A stretch of DNA of 63,075 nt, the filler included, from Choristocarpus tenellus KU-1152 (lineage: Eukaryota > Protista > Phaeophyceae): NCBI GenBank assembly GCA_964200185.2. It is 8 parts of 8 records of this genome, joined end to end, with 100 filler letters (N's around TTAATTAATTAA, not from the genome) between each part and the next. Parts side by side here need not be neighbours in the genome. Positions count along the whole stretch, not along the records: positions 26,583 to 29,236 come from CAXNAD020025928.1; positions 29,337 to 46,512 come from CAXNAD020000708.1; 6 more parts are not named here. One strand, written 5' to 3'. Positions 26,583 through 39,070 of the stretch are shown here, in pieces (the first letter of the stretch is position 1; each line of letters starts with the position of its first letter). Made by a program: the position numbers and the translations under genes. The notes beneath the pieces were generated by a model. The model was not told where the DNA came from and did no database searches. It was given only the letters and a program-made list of their open reading frames with translations.

Positions 26583-29236
26583 ATGTCGCCAGTGGCAAGC
26601 AGAGGTCGAATTTGTGCGTAGGGGGGGGGGGTGGTCAAGTGGAATGTGTCTACCTTTGTGACGATTGTCTGTCCGGGAGGAACCTTATGACCTTTGCGGT
26701 AGCGCCATTCTTCCTCCGCTGTTGGATCCCTCAATGTGTATTGAGTTTTGGTTGCCTTGATCGAATCCTCTAGGGATGAGGTTCCTGGCATGCGTACCCC
26801 GTCTAGTTCCAGTCTCCTGGCAGCAGACTTCACCACAGCCCCGACTCCATCAGAAAGCGACTTGCCGTGACAGGAGACAAAGAAGTTGTGTACTACGGAA
26901 ATTCCCATCCGCGCTAAGGACTGAGAAACCCACCACATCTGCCATTCGTTCTTGAACCGACTCCCGCAGCCATCGGACCAGGTGTGGAGGACCTCTAGGG
27001 TCTGTCCGTATTCACTGGCTAGAGGTATTAGGTGGTCTTTCACAAACATCTCCACGGCGTTCTGAATGAACTCATTTTCTTGACTCTGGTCTTCACTGCA
27101 CACCGTCATGCTGTGAACCCAAACCCTTCCCTTCCCAAGATTTCCCTCTTCTCTGAAATCCCTCAACCACCAGACAATGGTCAGAAGCGCCGTAAGGAAT
27201 AGATTGAAGAACTCTTGTTGTGTTGCAGGTGGGCGCTGAAGTCCATGGACAAGGCGGCGTGTCCTTTGGGGAGGCTAGATTTGCAGTGTTTGTATTGTTG
27301 CGCCTGCCAAATGGTGGTGTTGTGATGAAGGAAGAAGCTCTTGTTGAAGTTTGCAAATATGACATTTAGGAGTGTAGGGAATCCCTCCGTCCTTGGAAAC
27401 ATCACCTGTATCGAAAGGGCCAGGTGGTCGCGTTTCGAGCGTTGTTGCTGGTAATAGGTCGTGGTAATTGAGGCTTTGTTGTGGGGTAATCAATTGTGTC
27501 CGGTGCTGAGGGAGGGAGTATCTGCTCGTTGTTTGACGAATACGGCGTGACACATCCAATATACACTGTAATTATTACTCGAAGGAAAATGTCGCTCACC
27601 TTTCGCCTCCGGCTGTGCTTGTCCGTAGACCCTGTGGCGTCTAAGTCATCGTTCTCCTCGGCCCTGTTCCTCCTGAAGTCGGGGGCGGACTCTCCTACCA
27701 TGCACTTAGCGATGATCAAATCGTCGGTCATGAGATTGTCCGCCCTCAGTTCAGCATTTTTTGCCTTGATCATGTGGATCATGTCATCTTTGATGATCTG
27801 CTGGGGGTGGCGATGCCAAGTCTAGAGGACAGCGCCTGCGTGGCAGTGTAGACGGACATACAGATTTATAGGAGCATGGGTATGTGGTCTGGATGTGAAC
27901 ATGGAGATATGGTCGATTGGTAGGGTAGGTTGCTGTATCGGTCCTGGACCCGGCGTGAGGGTGGAATCGGACTGGTTCGTCTTCCAAATCTAAGTAGTTG
28001 ATGAGTGTTTGGATAAGGCATACCTTTACCTCCTGGCAAGTCTTTTGTTGCAGGTCGGCCTCCACCACCGGGGTGTATGCGTAGATGAACTCGTTCCATG
28101 TGACACATGTGCTATGAGAGTCCAACATACAGGGCCACTTCCACATCGGGTGAGATTTCCTGTCACACACCTGTCGCATGTACCGTTGACACAAGATGTT
28201 TTGAAACTGCCCAAGGAGCCGCCAGAGGACGGTTCGATGAGGGGCTCCAGCACGTTTCTCTCGCATCTGTTTTGTTTTGATTAGTCCAAGAGCGGTTTTT
28301 GTTGTCAGTGTAGAGGTTTGAGTAGCGGATCTAACGTCACTAGTGGAGTCCGGCTGTCACTGTGACATTTTTAGAGGATGTAGTGAAATGGTTTGAGGGC
28401 GAGTACCTTGGTGTGTATCTACAGTGTGGTTACATTAATTTGGATACCATTCAAGCTCGTCGTGCTCACACCTTTTGTCCATTCATCGTTGTGGTCTGGC
28501 ATAGGAACTTACCGGAGGAAGGCCATTAAATGAGCACCACTTTCAAGTGAGACCTCCACTTCTTCAGACCCGCATTCTTTGCCTTTGTCGCAGAATGTGC
28601 ATGTGCATGCGCAAGTGCGTTGTCCATCGTCGCCAAAGAACGTCCTTGTATGTAATTTCTTCCAGTTCTCTCTTAGGCACTGAACCTTGAGGTCGGTGGT
28701 CAGGTGGTGAATGCAAACGCACGATCTGTGTTGGGTGGAAGAGTGGAGGGAGGGATACGGTGGGTTAGCACCCCTTGTGTGTGGACACGGATGATGCAGT
28801 ATGTGACTGGGTAACCTGTGGCGGTTAGGAAACATAGATTTACCCAATGAGTGAAAGTATCTTAGAGGGTGCGATTTTTGCCCTGTTTGTACTTTTGGGG
28901 CTTGGCTTCCTGTGGGTTTTTTTATTACATTTTCCTACTCCAAAATGTTTCAGAGTAGGTAAATGTATATACGTTATGAAAAGGTGTGTCCAGAACATGG
29001 ATATTGACACTTTTCTAACAAACACGATGACCAAAATTCCATGAAAATCGCAACATTGGATTCTGGCCCCCACAAGGACACGGCTTTGCCCTCTAAGATA
29101 CTTTGGCTCAATCATCACTGTAGCGTGTGTCCTAAAAATCGAAAGACTATTTCCGCACACACCTTGGCGTGGCCTTTGTGATGTAGAACGGTCTCCACTT
29201 CACGAATGTCGACAGACAGGGTATTGGCCCCGGCGT
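26583..29236 (-). mobile_element. Intron-containing Sola2-like DDD transposase gene, frameshifted, partial at both contig ends
   Basis: Exons 29163-29236, 28513-28725, 28024-28266, 27600-27835, 26583-27405 have canonical GT-AG sites. Motifs: STFVKWRPFY|RSCVCIHH (S.F..LRP..C.C..H), CVNGTCDRC, VTWNEF, H...WQ..Y..CK..LPKGHAALSMDFS, WSDGCGSRFKN, HNFFVSCHGKSLSDGVGAVVK. At least three frameshifts or deletions. Confidence 0.82.
28849..29109 (-). mobile_element. Sola2-type MITE, copy 2, inside an intron of the Sola2-like transposase
   Basis: GAGTGAAAGTATCTTAGAGGGT ... CCCTCTAAGATACTTTGGCTC. Flanks CAAT / (C)AAT, an imperfect TSD. Confidence 0.9.
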
Positions 29237-29529
29237 NNNNNNNNNNNNNNNNNNNNNNNNNNNNNNNNNNNNNNNNNNNNTTAATTAATTAANNNNNNNN
29301 NNNNNNNNNNNNNNNNNNNNNNNNNNNNNNNNNNNNGGTATACCTTATACATGATGTTCAAGATAGGTAACCTTCAGGGTATACCTTCTGTGGAATATGG
29401 CTCTCACATTATTGATGATCTAAAAAAGAGTTATCCAATCGAAGTGACCGATTTATCCTAGCCAATCAAAATGCTATAAAAGCTGCATTGTACAAGGAGA
29501 AGACTCACACTGGTTTGGGTAGATAGTAG

Positions 29530-30520
29530 ATGCGCTCGTTTGCTAACATGTCACACCCTTCTGCTGCCTCAGCCGAAACCCCGATCGTCAGGCGGAAACA
29601 GGGACTATATCGCCACAAAAGGACTTACATGCACGAATTGGTATCAAGCCAAACTTCACTTTCATACAGAGAGGTTGTCAACCGTGTACTGGCAGCCCTT
29701 GCACGGATGCTTCAACTTTTTTTAACCCAGAACTCCTCGCCCGCTGTCTATGCAGCCTTAAATACCGAACCTTCTTCCGTTCCCAACAAACACAGTACCT
29801 CGTTCGTTCCCAAAAAGCAAGGCATCAAAACCCGTTCGACCAGTCACATCCGTTCGCCAGCCTGAGCTTTGATCCCCACTTGCTCTACCCACAGACAAAT
29901 ACCTTTCGGGAACCTACCGAGGACATCCGGGTACTCAATCTACTGCAGAGTCGCGTACGATGGTAGCATTAAAATATATACATCTCCAGTACGTAGCAGC
30001 GATGCAAGACTCGAAAATCCCTCCACTAATTGCGGGAAGCCCAACCGATTCGGACGCTGCAGAGTCGTCTTGAAGTTTCACCATGGAGTCTAAGTTTCCA
30101 GTCATGTCATTCCAACTATAGACATTTAGACTTTCATTTCCACCTCGATAATATTTACCATTACACTGGCCTATGGTACTAGTCAAGTATCGACATATGC
30201 CCTGCTATGTCACCCACACAGAGTCCACTCGAGAATGCTTGTCCAGCCAGGTACTCCTTGACACAGGTGCAGGTCTCATCTATTTTTATGAAAATTGCTT
30301 ACCACAGCTCAACATGGCAGGCAAAGGTACCTCACATGCAGCAAACTCCAGAGGGTGCAATATTCCACCAATGCTAGTATTGAGGTCATGAAAACTTCCA
30401 ATAGCGTTTTCCCCAGAGGAAAAAGTGCGTAATATGGGTTGTAGGATAATGGTGGGGCTGCCTTTATAAATTTTTTTAGGAGCAACATTTTGTAGACAAC
30501 ACTAGAGTGAACTGTCATTT
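29530..30520 (+). pseudogene. Ty3/gypsy-like gag-protease relic
   Basis: Retropepsin motif VLLDTGA in ORF 30173-30391, preceded by a broken gag-like low-complexity frame. Confidence 0.5.
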
Positions 30521-32834
30521 AGAGAAGATCAATGCTCCCAACCATCACCACTGTCACCATGGGTGCATTTTGTCAACATTCCAGCCTCAGATCGAGCAGT
30601 AACAAAGTACCCTTGTCAGACCTTAGCAAATGGCATTGTAATACAAAGGAAATGTCTAAGATAGTTGTCAGACTAAGTAACAAGACAGAAGAAATGAACA
30701 GCTTTACCTTACTACAGTTGGATGTTTATCATGCCTCCTTTTAGGACCTTCACAACCCTAACACAAGATAATGTCCAACAAATGTTCCCACCCAAGAACA
30801 ACTCTTGCCCTGATAGGATGTGTTACACCTCTTCCCTACTGGTACTAGTGTGAAACATTATGGAAGGATGAAAGCGGAAGAGACAGGTAGGTCACAGGGC
30901 CCAGTTTTTGAGTTCAAGTCACTCTACTAGAGGGTATGGTTGAAGAATTGAGGTCAGGAGGAAAACCTCCCAGCTGGTTGCAACTGTACGCCTGAAGGAC
31001 AAGGTGAGGTTCAGCTGGTACATGCTAGAACAAGAGATTAAAGCAGTGAAAATTATAGTCACTGAAAGGAACATTAGACAGCAGAAGTTAAAATGAAGCT
31101 TCCCACATTAGATCACACATTAATATACATCGGTTGTATAGGCTGAAGTCCTTCGATAATATATCACTGAACTCACTACTTTTTATTATTATTTATTTAT
31201 TTTCCTCTTTTACATGTTGTAACAACTCTCTGTGAGCTTGATATTTTTATATCATCTATATATCACTTATGTTTTTCTAATGCTTATTTATTTTTAGTTC
31301 TCATCCCATCATCCCCTGATTTTTAATTTCATTTTTCTTTTTTCATAGTTGTTACTCTCCTTATTTACCGATTTTTTTCTTTTCTTTTCTCTTACTTTTT
31401 ATTCTTCCCTTTATTTTATTTTATGTACTATTCAGTTTCCACTTTGTTGCCCTCATCATCCACTCATTATTTTTGTTTATTTTCTATTTATTGCCCATTT
31501 TATTTTCATTAATTTTGTTTCTCTTTATTTATTATTTTCACTGTTGCTCTCATTGACCCTTCTTTATGTATTTATCTTCATTTTGTCAGTGCCTGTTTTG
31601 CGCACTAGCAGCCTTGAGTATGCTTTGTGCTTGGGGGACATAGGACAGGCAATAATCAGATGCCGAGTAGATTATGAATAATGTAAGTCTAATCCTTGAT
31701 AGCACTTGCATTTATATAGCCGGGAAGATTGGAACGGAAGATTTTCCTGAGCACAATGGCACACAGTCGCACTACTCTCCTCCCCAACCTTCCATTTGGA
31801 CAGCAACCCTGGTTCTCCCTTCGCCTGCCGTGACCAGGCTTCCCCAAAGACTTCATTGCTATACCACCTGGTGATGCACTCGCAGCTCTGTTCCTGCTTC
31901 CCCGAGGCGGCAGAGACTGCGAAGCAGTTCTCCGCTTCGGTTGAAGATCCAACCATGTTTTTGTGGTAATGCTTTCAATGCATCTTTTCTCAGCATCATT
32001 GTCGTGGCCGTGTGGTCCATTTCGCGATTTTGATCATGCTGCTGCCCCACAATACACGTACTTTCTCATCACCTAACATCGCACTGAGTTCACACGGTAC
32101 TTGCTTTTCCATCGTCTCTCGACAGAGGAGGTGCCGAGGGTACATCCAGCGGGAAGAGTGGCTTCGGCGGCTCTCCTTGTCTCACCATTGTGGTCCATAT
32201 TGCTATGTGGGTCACCTGTGTGTGTGCTCACAGAAAGTCTGCAAAAGGCGCTAAAAAGATACCCGACAATCTTGCTTTTTTTTCATTATTGCCACAACCA
32301 CCGTAGTTTGGCTGGAGTCTATCCCGGACTAAGTTTTTGCGGGGAGTTCAGCCAACCACTTCATTTTTGTATCTTTTGAGGTTGTGACCATCAAGATTGC
32401 CCCGCAGTTATTCCCCCACGTTTTTGCCATTCTTTGATCGGGACCCGTTCACTGAAATTTGTACATTCCTGCATACAAGCCTTCAACCCCTTTTGGTATA
32501 AGATTGCTACAGACCGCGAAGCTATTGGTACCACTTTAGAATTGGATTAGATCGCTTTTTCCTTTCTATTCAGAATATACATTTATATTATTTTGCCCTT
32601 TGATATTTTGCAGGCGTGTCAAAGGAAAGATTAATGAAAGATATTCACGTGTCAGAAAAACTCCTAAAAATGTAACAGTTGTCGTAAATGTGAAGGACAT
32701 TAATCGATTTATTATTTTACTACCACCTCTCCTACATAGATGTAAATGTACATTTATATATATCACAATGAACAGGCACACTTCTCTCGCATTTTGATTG
32801 GCTTGGACTAGTCCTTGTTGGCTTTTGATAAGGT

Positions 32835-33748
32835 GGACACAAGTACAACAAGGAAAGGAAAGTTCCTCATTAGCCCTAGCACGCCACCAGAGCCAGTGTG
32901 GACAAGGGGTAAACGCATGGACCTCGACGCAACCCCTGGAGCTGGCATGCCAGATCCCCCCCATAGAATTCAAGCTCACAGCCAGCAGATCACTCGGGAG
33001 GGAGGAGGCCCTGTCAAACAGGTGCCCAGTGCTGGGTTGCAGGAGGCAAAATGTCAACACCAGACATGCCCGTACCTGTCCCAGGGCAGGAGGCAAGGTG
33101 CGACAACACACACCCATGGTGAAACGCCTAAGCCAACTACAAGGAAATGGGCACCTCTTGCACTATGGAGGACGGCAGCCCCTTCACGGTAGACTGGAAT
33201 TTCAGCATGGATCTAGTCTTCCATGCAGGGGTACTTGCGGATGCTGGAAGAGCCCCCTACCGAGACAAAAGCCTCCTGTTAGATGTTACATTTGTAGAAG
33301 TGCAGGCGACCTCCCATCTCCCACTTTCATCCACCAGCAATGGTGTAGCTGCTGCTGCAGCTGAGGCGCGAAAGCACACCCACTACGAGTGCTCTTTTGA
33401 TCCTCATAGTTATAACCTCAACGCCTTCGCAGTGGAAAGTTTGGGGCGCCTCAGCAAGCAAGCGGAATGTTTCCCGGAAGAGCTGGCTACACACATAGAG
33501 GAAGAGGAACTGGAGGCTATTGCAGGAAAGGGGCGGCCAAATCCCGCCTACGCCAAGTAGTCTCAGTAACAACGCAAGTGGCACTGTCTAGACATGCCAT
33601 GCGTTTTAAGCTGGAGTTGCCAGGGAGATGGGTAAGGAGGGACCCGTTGGATTCTTGGGATGCCTCCCTAGCTCCTCACCCTGGGGTGCAGGAGTAGGTA
33701 GATTGGAGGCACAGGAGAGGGCAGAGGTTCAACATAGTAGTGAAATAA
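32835..33748 (+). mobile_element. 5'-truncated CRE-clade (RLE) non-LTR retrotransposon: zinc knuckle, restriction-like endonuclease and 3' end
   Basis: HARTC....RQH..VKRL, MDLV...LLDVT, AAAAAEARKHTHY and AFAVESLGRL fit the RLE signature H..C..RH / PD..D / E..K...Y / E..G. Homologous to 34481-35370. Confidence 0.8.
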
Positions 33749-33819
33749 CAAATAGATTATTGTTTCTTACATTTGTGACATATTATACTTCTTTAGGGTT
33801 TATACTGAAATGTTAATAG

Positions 33820-33882
33820 TTTTCATTGGTTTTCCCCCTGACATATCTGCAAATTGTCAGAGGGGGTATAATTGTATAATAA
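33820..33882 (+). repeat. Short dispersed repeat with hairpin CCCCTGACA-N11-TGTCAGAGGGG; copies at 34089-34133 (-) and 60459-60520 (+)
   Basis: The three copies align directly. Confidence 0.7.
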
Positions 33883-34188
33883 CGTGTACCTCTTATTTTC
33901 CATCTTCCCCAACGAATATTTTGATTGGATGAGACCGTATGGGGAAAAGGTCCACGTTATTTGGTCTAGATCTTAAACTTGCCTCCCTTCTGTGGCTTCC
34001 AGCTTTCCATTTTTTACGGTGCACCTCAAATTGTTTTATTCGGTACTTTCGTCGCGGGGAATTTGACTTGGATGAGCTACATAAGAAGTATATTATGTAT
34101 CATTATGCCCTCTGACATTTGTAGATGTGTTCAATGAAGTCAATTCAATATCATAAGAACCCCTGTAAATGTAACAGTTGTCATAAAT

Positions 34189-34446
34189 GTGTGAAAGTAT
34201 CATAGAGGGTACGAGTTTTTTCCGTGTTGTCCATTTGGGACTTGGCCTCCCACGGGCTTTTGATGTCATTTTACGTACTCCAAAATGTTTCGGAGTATGT
34301 AAAATGTGTACGTTATGAAAAGGTGTGTTCAGAACAAGGATATTGACATCTCCTAACAAACATGATAGCAAAATTACATCAAAATTGTAACATTGGATTT
34401 TTGCCTCCAAATGGACGCATCTCTATCCTCTACGATACTTTGACTC
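34189..34446 (-). mobile_element. Sola2-type MITE, copy 3 (TSD AAAT)
   Basis: GTGTGAAAGTATCATAGAGGGTA ... TATCCTCTACGATACTTTGACTC, with AAAT on both sides. Confidence 0.9.
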
Positions 34447-34480
34447 AAATGTTAAAGATATCTTTCTAAAATCTATGTAC

Positions 34481-36895
34481 TATTTAACTACCAGTTATGC
34501 TGCACCACTCCCTCCTATGCCTTCAACCTAGTTTAGCCCTACATCCAAGGGCGAGGGGCTAGGGAAGTGTCCCAAGAATCTGACAGGTCCCTCCTCGCCC
34601 ACCTGCCTAGTATTTCCAGCTTAAAACGCACGGACATGTCTTGGTAGAGCCACTTGTGTTGTGACGGACACCATCAGTGACAGCACATTTCCTGCTGTAG
34701 GCTCCGGCCCCTCTCCCCCCTACTGCTTGCATAGCCAACGTATCCAGAAACGTTTCTGCTTACTTACCAAGGCACCCAAAATTTTCTACCGCGAAGATGT
34801 TGAGGTTAAAACTACGAGGGTCAAAAGAACCATTGTAGTGGGTGCGTTTTCGCGCCTCAGCTGCAGCAGCATGTACACCTTTGCTGGTGGGTGAGTGTGG
34901 TAGATGGAAGGCTGCTTGCACTTCTGGAATCATAACATCTAGGAGTTGGTCTTTGTCCAGGTAGGGAGCTGATCGGCGTCCTCAAGTACCTCAACACAGA
35001 AGACCATGTCGATGCGGAAATTCTGGTCCACTGTGAATGGGCTACCATCCTCCATAGTGCAAGGGATTCCATTCCTTCCGCTGAGTTGACCAAGACGCTT
35101 CACCAATGGTGTGTGTTGGTGTACCTGTGCCCCTGCCTTGGGGCAGGTACGACGAGCATATCTAGTGTCTGCATTATATGCCTCCTGCACCCAGTCACTC
35201 GGCACCTGTTAGATTGGGCCTCCTGCTGGCAGTGAGTCTAAACTCTGTGGGAGGGATCTGGCATGCTGGTTCCAGGGGTTGTGTGGAGGTCTATGGATTT
35301 TCCTCTTGTCCATTCCGGCTCCGGTGACAGGCCAGAGCTAGTGAAGCACTTTCGTTACCTTGTTCTGTACTGTCTGGTAGGTTGGCCAAATTCGTTCGAA
35401 AATATTTGAACCAGATCCTGTTCAGGAGACTGGTAATCTCGTGTTGTGACCTCCTTCTGATCCTGGCATCATGGGCTGCTAGAGTATGGACTTCTGGGGT
35501 AGGCGTGGGGATGGTTGTTCCCCACCAGGCTACCCAGCCTTAGTCAATATTCTCGCCAAGTCTTTGAAGTGACTCCTGTTGAGAGGGGTGTGCGGATTAA
35601 TGATCCCAGGGCCCTTCCTATGGGGCTCATACGGATGGCTCGTGAGAAGGATTCTCCATGAGGCCCTTGTTGCCTTGCTAAAAGGGTGGGGAGAGTGACC
35701 ATCAGTGATCCTACAAAGGCTGCATGCTGGCGATGCTTCAAAGAGGATAGGCCCCACCCCCCTGAACTTGTGGGCACTTGTACCTGTACTTGTCGGTATA
35801 TCTCCAGGCGAAGAGACACATTTTCTCACACCCCTTCAAACAATCAGTGGCTCCCACTGAGTCTGTTAAACCTCTATTATCTTCTCCAGCGTCCACACTG
35901 AGGTGTTATCTGGTGGTTCCATGGTGGAGCATGCCAGGTGGGAGAGAGTAACCCTTGCCAAATAGCTCAAGTGGGAATAAAGGGACCAGAAGTTGAGGAG
36001 CCAGGCAACTTGTTCGTCCTCCATCTCACTCAGGTGTGTGGCCACGTGGTCTCGGATTAATTATCCTGTTCCCACTGGAGCCCCTAGTGTAACAAAGCCA
36101 TTTGGGTCCGGGGCCAGGTTGATTCCTATTGTCACCAGAAGTTCTAGTTCTGAGAGTGTGGACTGGTGGCCCTTGGGAGATGCAGCAAGGGGTCTTGTCC
36201 ATGCTGAGGGTGATGCCTACCTTGTGTAGGTCAGTTCTCAACTACTCAAAAGTAGCTATTGTGGTGCAGCTAAACTCTCTTGTGGAAATGGATGTGTCAT
36301 CCAGATAACCTTGGGAGGAGACCCCCTGGGGTCCAAAGATAGACTGGACCCGCTGTAGGGCGTAGGTGGTTGCCATGCAATAGAGGAGGGGACCAAGGGG
36401 GTCCCCTTGTTGTGCCCCTGAACTTGATGACATTTTCTTCATCCCTACCTCATCCAGGGGAAAAATAAGATTACGGGTATCCCCGTACCCCTTGGACACG
36501 TAGGGTAGGAACCCTGGTAGGGTCCCAGGGAGAGTCTCGATGAAGGCCAAGCAGTGTACGCTGTTGAAGGCGTTTCTTCGATCTAGGCTAATGGTCCATT
36601 CTCCACACTCATTCCTTAGGCGAATATCCAGTAGGGCATGCTCTTACCCCATTCAGTACCCCTACGCCAAAAGGCCCCAATCCGCCGAAATTGTTCCTCC
36701 AGGTAGGAGCGCCAGTCTGCACAAAAGACTGAAGCACATTCCCTTCTAAAGAAAAGGCCACGGGCAACTGGGCGGCGCTTTTCTCCAATTACGGACAGTG
36801 TGGAGCTTCCAAAACTCTGGAGGTAAATAGTCCGGGGAGGCGTAGGCTAGCTTCGCAAACGCCTCTGCCACTTCTTCACGGCTAACATCTGTTGT
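34481..36895 (-). mobile_element. CRE-clade non-LTR retrotransposon pseudogene (RT + RLE), probably continuing beyond 37166
   Basis: LDRRNAFNSV, GAQQGDPLGPLL and QGYLDD are RT motifs typical of CRE. They are followed by the same zinc knuckle, RLE and 3' end as 32835-33748. Many disruptions. Confidence 0.85.
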
Positions 36896-36908
36896 GATGG
36901 CTGATTGA

Positions 36909-37165
36909 GAGTGAAAGTATCTTAGAGGGTATAAGTTTTGCCCTGTTTGTCCATTTGGGGCTTGGCTTCCCATGGTTTTTTTTATGACATTTTCCTACTC
37001 CCAAATATCTCGGAGTAGGTAAAATGTGTATGTCATGAAATGTGTATCCGGAACAAGGATGTTGACACTTCCTAACAAACACGATGGCCAAAATTACATC
37101 AAAATGGCAACATTGGATTGTGTCCCCAAATGGACGCGGCTCTACCCTCTAAGATACTTTCGCTC
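36909..37165 (-). mobile_element. Sola2-type MITE, copy 4, inserted in or next to the CRE element (no TSD visible)
   Basis: GAGTGAAAGTATCTTAGAGGGTA ... TACCCTCTAAGATACTTTCGCTC. Confidence 0.9.
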
Positions 37166-37884
37166 AGCTTACGGCATGGAACTGTTGTCACCTCCCTGGA
37201 ATGTTACAGACTCGACTCCCTCTCCACTTCTCTCCAAGTGGGGGGAAAGGATCTGCATCGTCGCATCAACCTCAGCGAGGAAAGGAGCTCGAGCATGAAT
37301 GGGCTTTGTTGGAGTGCATGCCTTCAGGATCTCTCTTTATGACCTTGAGAGTAGGCGAGAGTACGGGCCACCTTACTGTGTCCAACAGGTCGCACCAATG
37401 ACCTGTACCCTAGGCCATATTCTCGAGGTCTCCAGATAATGCATGGGGATGTAGACAGCATTGCTGTTGCATGTTACGCATGTCTCAATTTTCTGTAGAG
37501 CAGGTCCTTGTTCACATACTTCCTAGTGTTGTCCGTTGGTGCCCTTGCAGGTATAGAAATAACCAGCAGTTTGACCGGTCACAATTCAATCGCAGGTGGC
37601 TAAGAGAGCACAAGGTGTGCTCTGTGAACCACAGGTACCCGTGTCAAGAAGTCATGGAAAGACAAAAGAGGAATCGACACTTGGCGCTCAGGAAAGGGTG
37701 TTGATTTTATGCCACACTACTGGAGGGTACCTTTTTGAAGATGGAGATTGGGAGGAACTCAACAGGACAGAAATTACTTGCTTATCCCAAGCGTATCAAA
37801 TCACTTGGAGGGTCAGATATGACATGAGAAGGTTGGAACTTGGGACCCTTTTATTATAAGCCAAATTAGATATGTATTCCTTGA

Positions 37885-38295
37885 AAGTTTTGAACCAGAC
37901 CCTCAGAAGGAACCAGCATATAATCGGATTAGGCCAGATGCAAACTGACTGAGATTGTAGACTGTGACCTTGTGGATGGACAATTCCAAAGTAATCAAGG
38001 ATACACGTTAATCGCATTTGTGATTAGGGAGATTGGAACCGGGGACCCATTAATTCTAGGCCATGTCAGAGATGTATGCTTTGTAAGTTTTGAACCAGAA
38101 CTCCAAAAAGGAGCAGGTGTATACTCGGATTAGGACAGATGCGAACTCTGATGGTATTCTGTGGCCCTTACACAAATTCTCCCAAAGAGAACAGGGATAA
38201 TCTGTTGATCTATTGAGGACCTAGTTGGAGAAAAAAAAATCAAGTGTATACTCTGATTAGGTCAAACGTTAACTGACTCTGACTGTGCCTTGCGA
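37885..38295. repeat. Degenerate tandem repeat, 2-3 units of 130-200 bp
   Basis: AAGTTTTGAACCAGA..CGGATTAGG.CAGATGC.AACT at ~37885 and ~38085, partial at ~38245. Confidence 0.65.
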
Positions 38296-38694
38296 CTTTG
38301 GAGATTCATCCTCAACAGAAACAAGGCGATATGTCAATCTTTGTTGGAAACATATGGCAAATGTGAATCTGGAGGTCCCTCTGAAACCAATTTGGAATCT
38401 AGTTCTTTCGGAACTTTTGACTTGTCATCCAATGTCAACCAATACATGCTGCTACAGCATGATTGATGTGGTAGGCGATATCTTTCCTCCTAGCCTGTGT
38501 GGCAATTGCCTGTGGTTAATACCCGGTTCATGCTGGGGAGCATGCTACAGGTATTCAACATGTCTGCTTTTACACTCTAACCAGTGTGAGCAGTCTTGCT
38601 ACTATGACAATCCCTATTTTGATGATATTGTAAGACGTTTGTCGTTACTTGTTTGTATGTTCATAGTTCCCCGGGAGGGTAAGACTTTCCATGG

Positions 38695-39070
38695 CAGCAC
38701 GCTATCTCTTTGAGACTGTGAGGCATTGTCTTGGTGTCCTGCAGTTGTTTGTGCTTATAGTTCTGAAGGGGAGAGTCTATGGCAGTACCCTAGTTTAGTG
38801 CTACTGTGATTTTTTGTCTGTATTTGTGATATTTTGAAGGGGTGGAGTCTTTCTAGGACAACACCCTACTGTATTGTTATTTTGAGACATTTTTGTCTTT
38901 TTTGGTTCCTGTGTTCATATTCCTCAACATGGAAGACCCTTTCTATAGCAGCACCCTATCTCTCTGTGATTGTGGGACATTTATGCGTTTGTATTTCTTT
39001 GTGTTTTGTGGTTTTGAATTGGGGAGCATTCTTTTAGAACAGTACCCTATTTTGACACGATTGTGAGACT
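38695..39070. repeat. Degenerate ~80-90-bp tandem repeat, about 5 units
   Basis: Recurrent core (GCAG)YACCCTA....GA(T/C)TGTGRGACA at ~38695, 38782, 38860, 38948, 39040. Confidence 0.55.

Noticed and set aside
36882-37298. Recurrent ORFs containing LYPLRYF / PSKILSL
   Set aside because: They are translations of the non-coding MITE termini.
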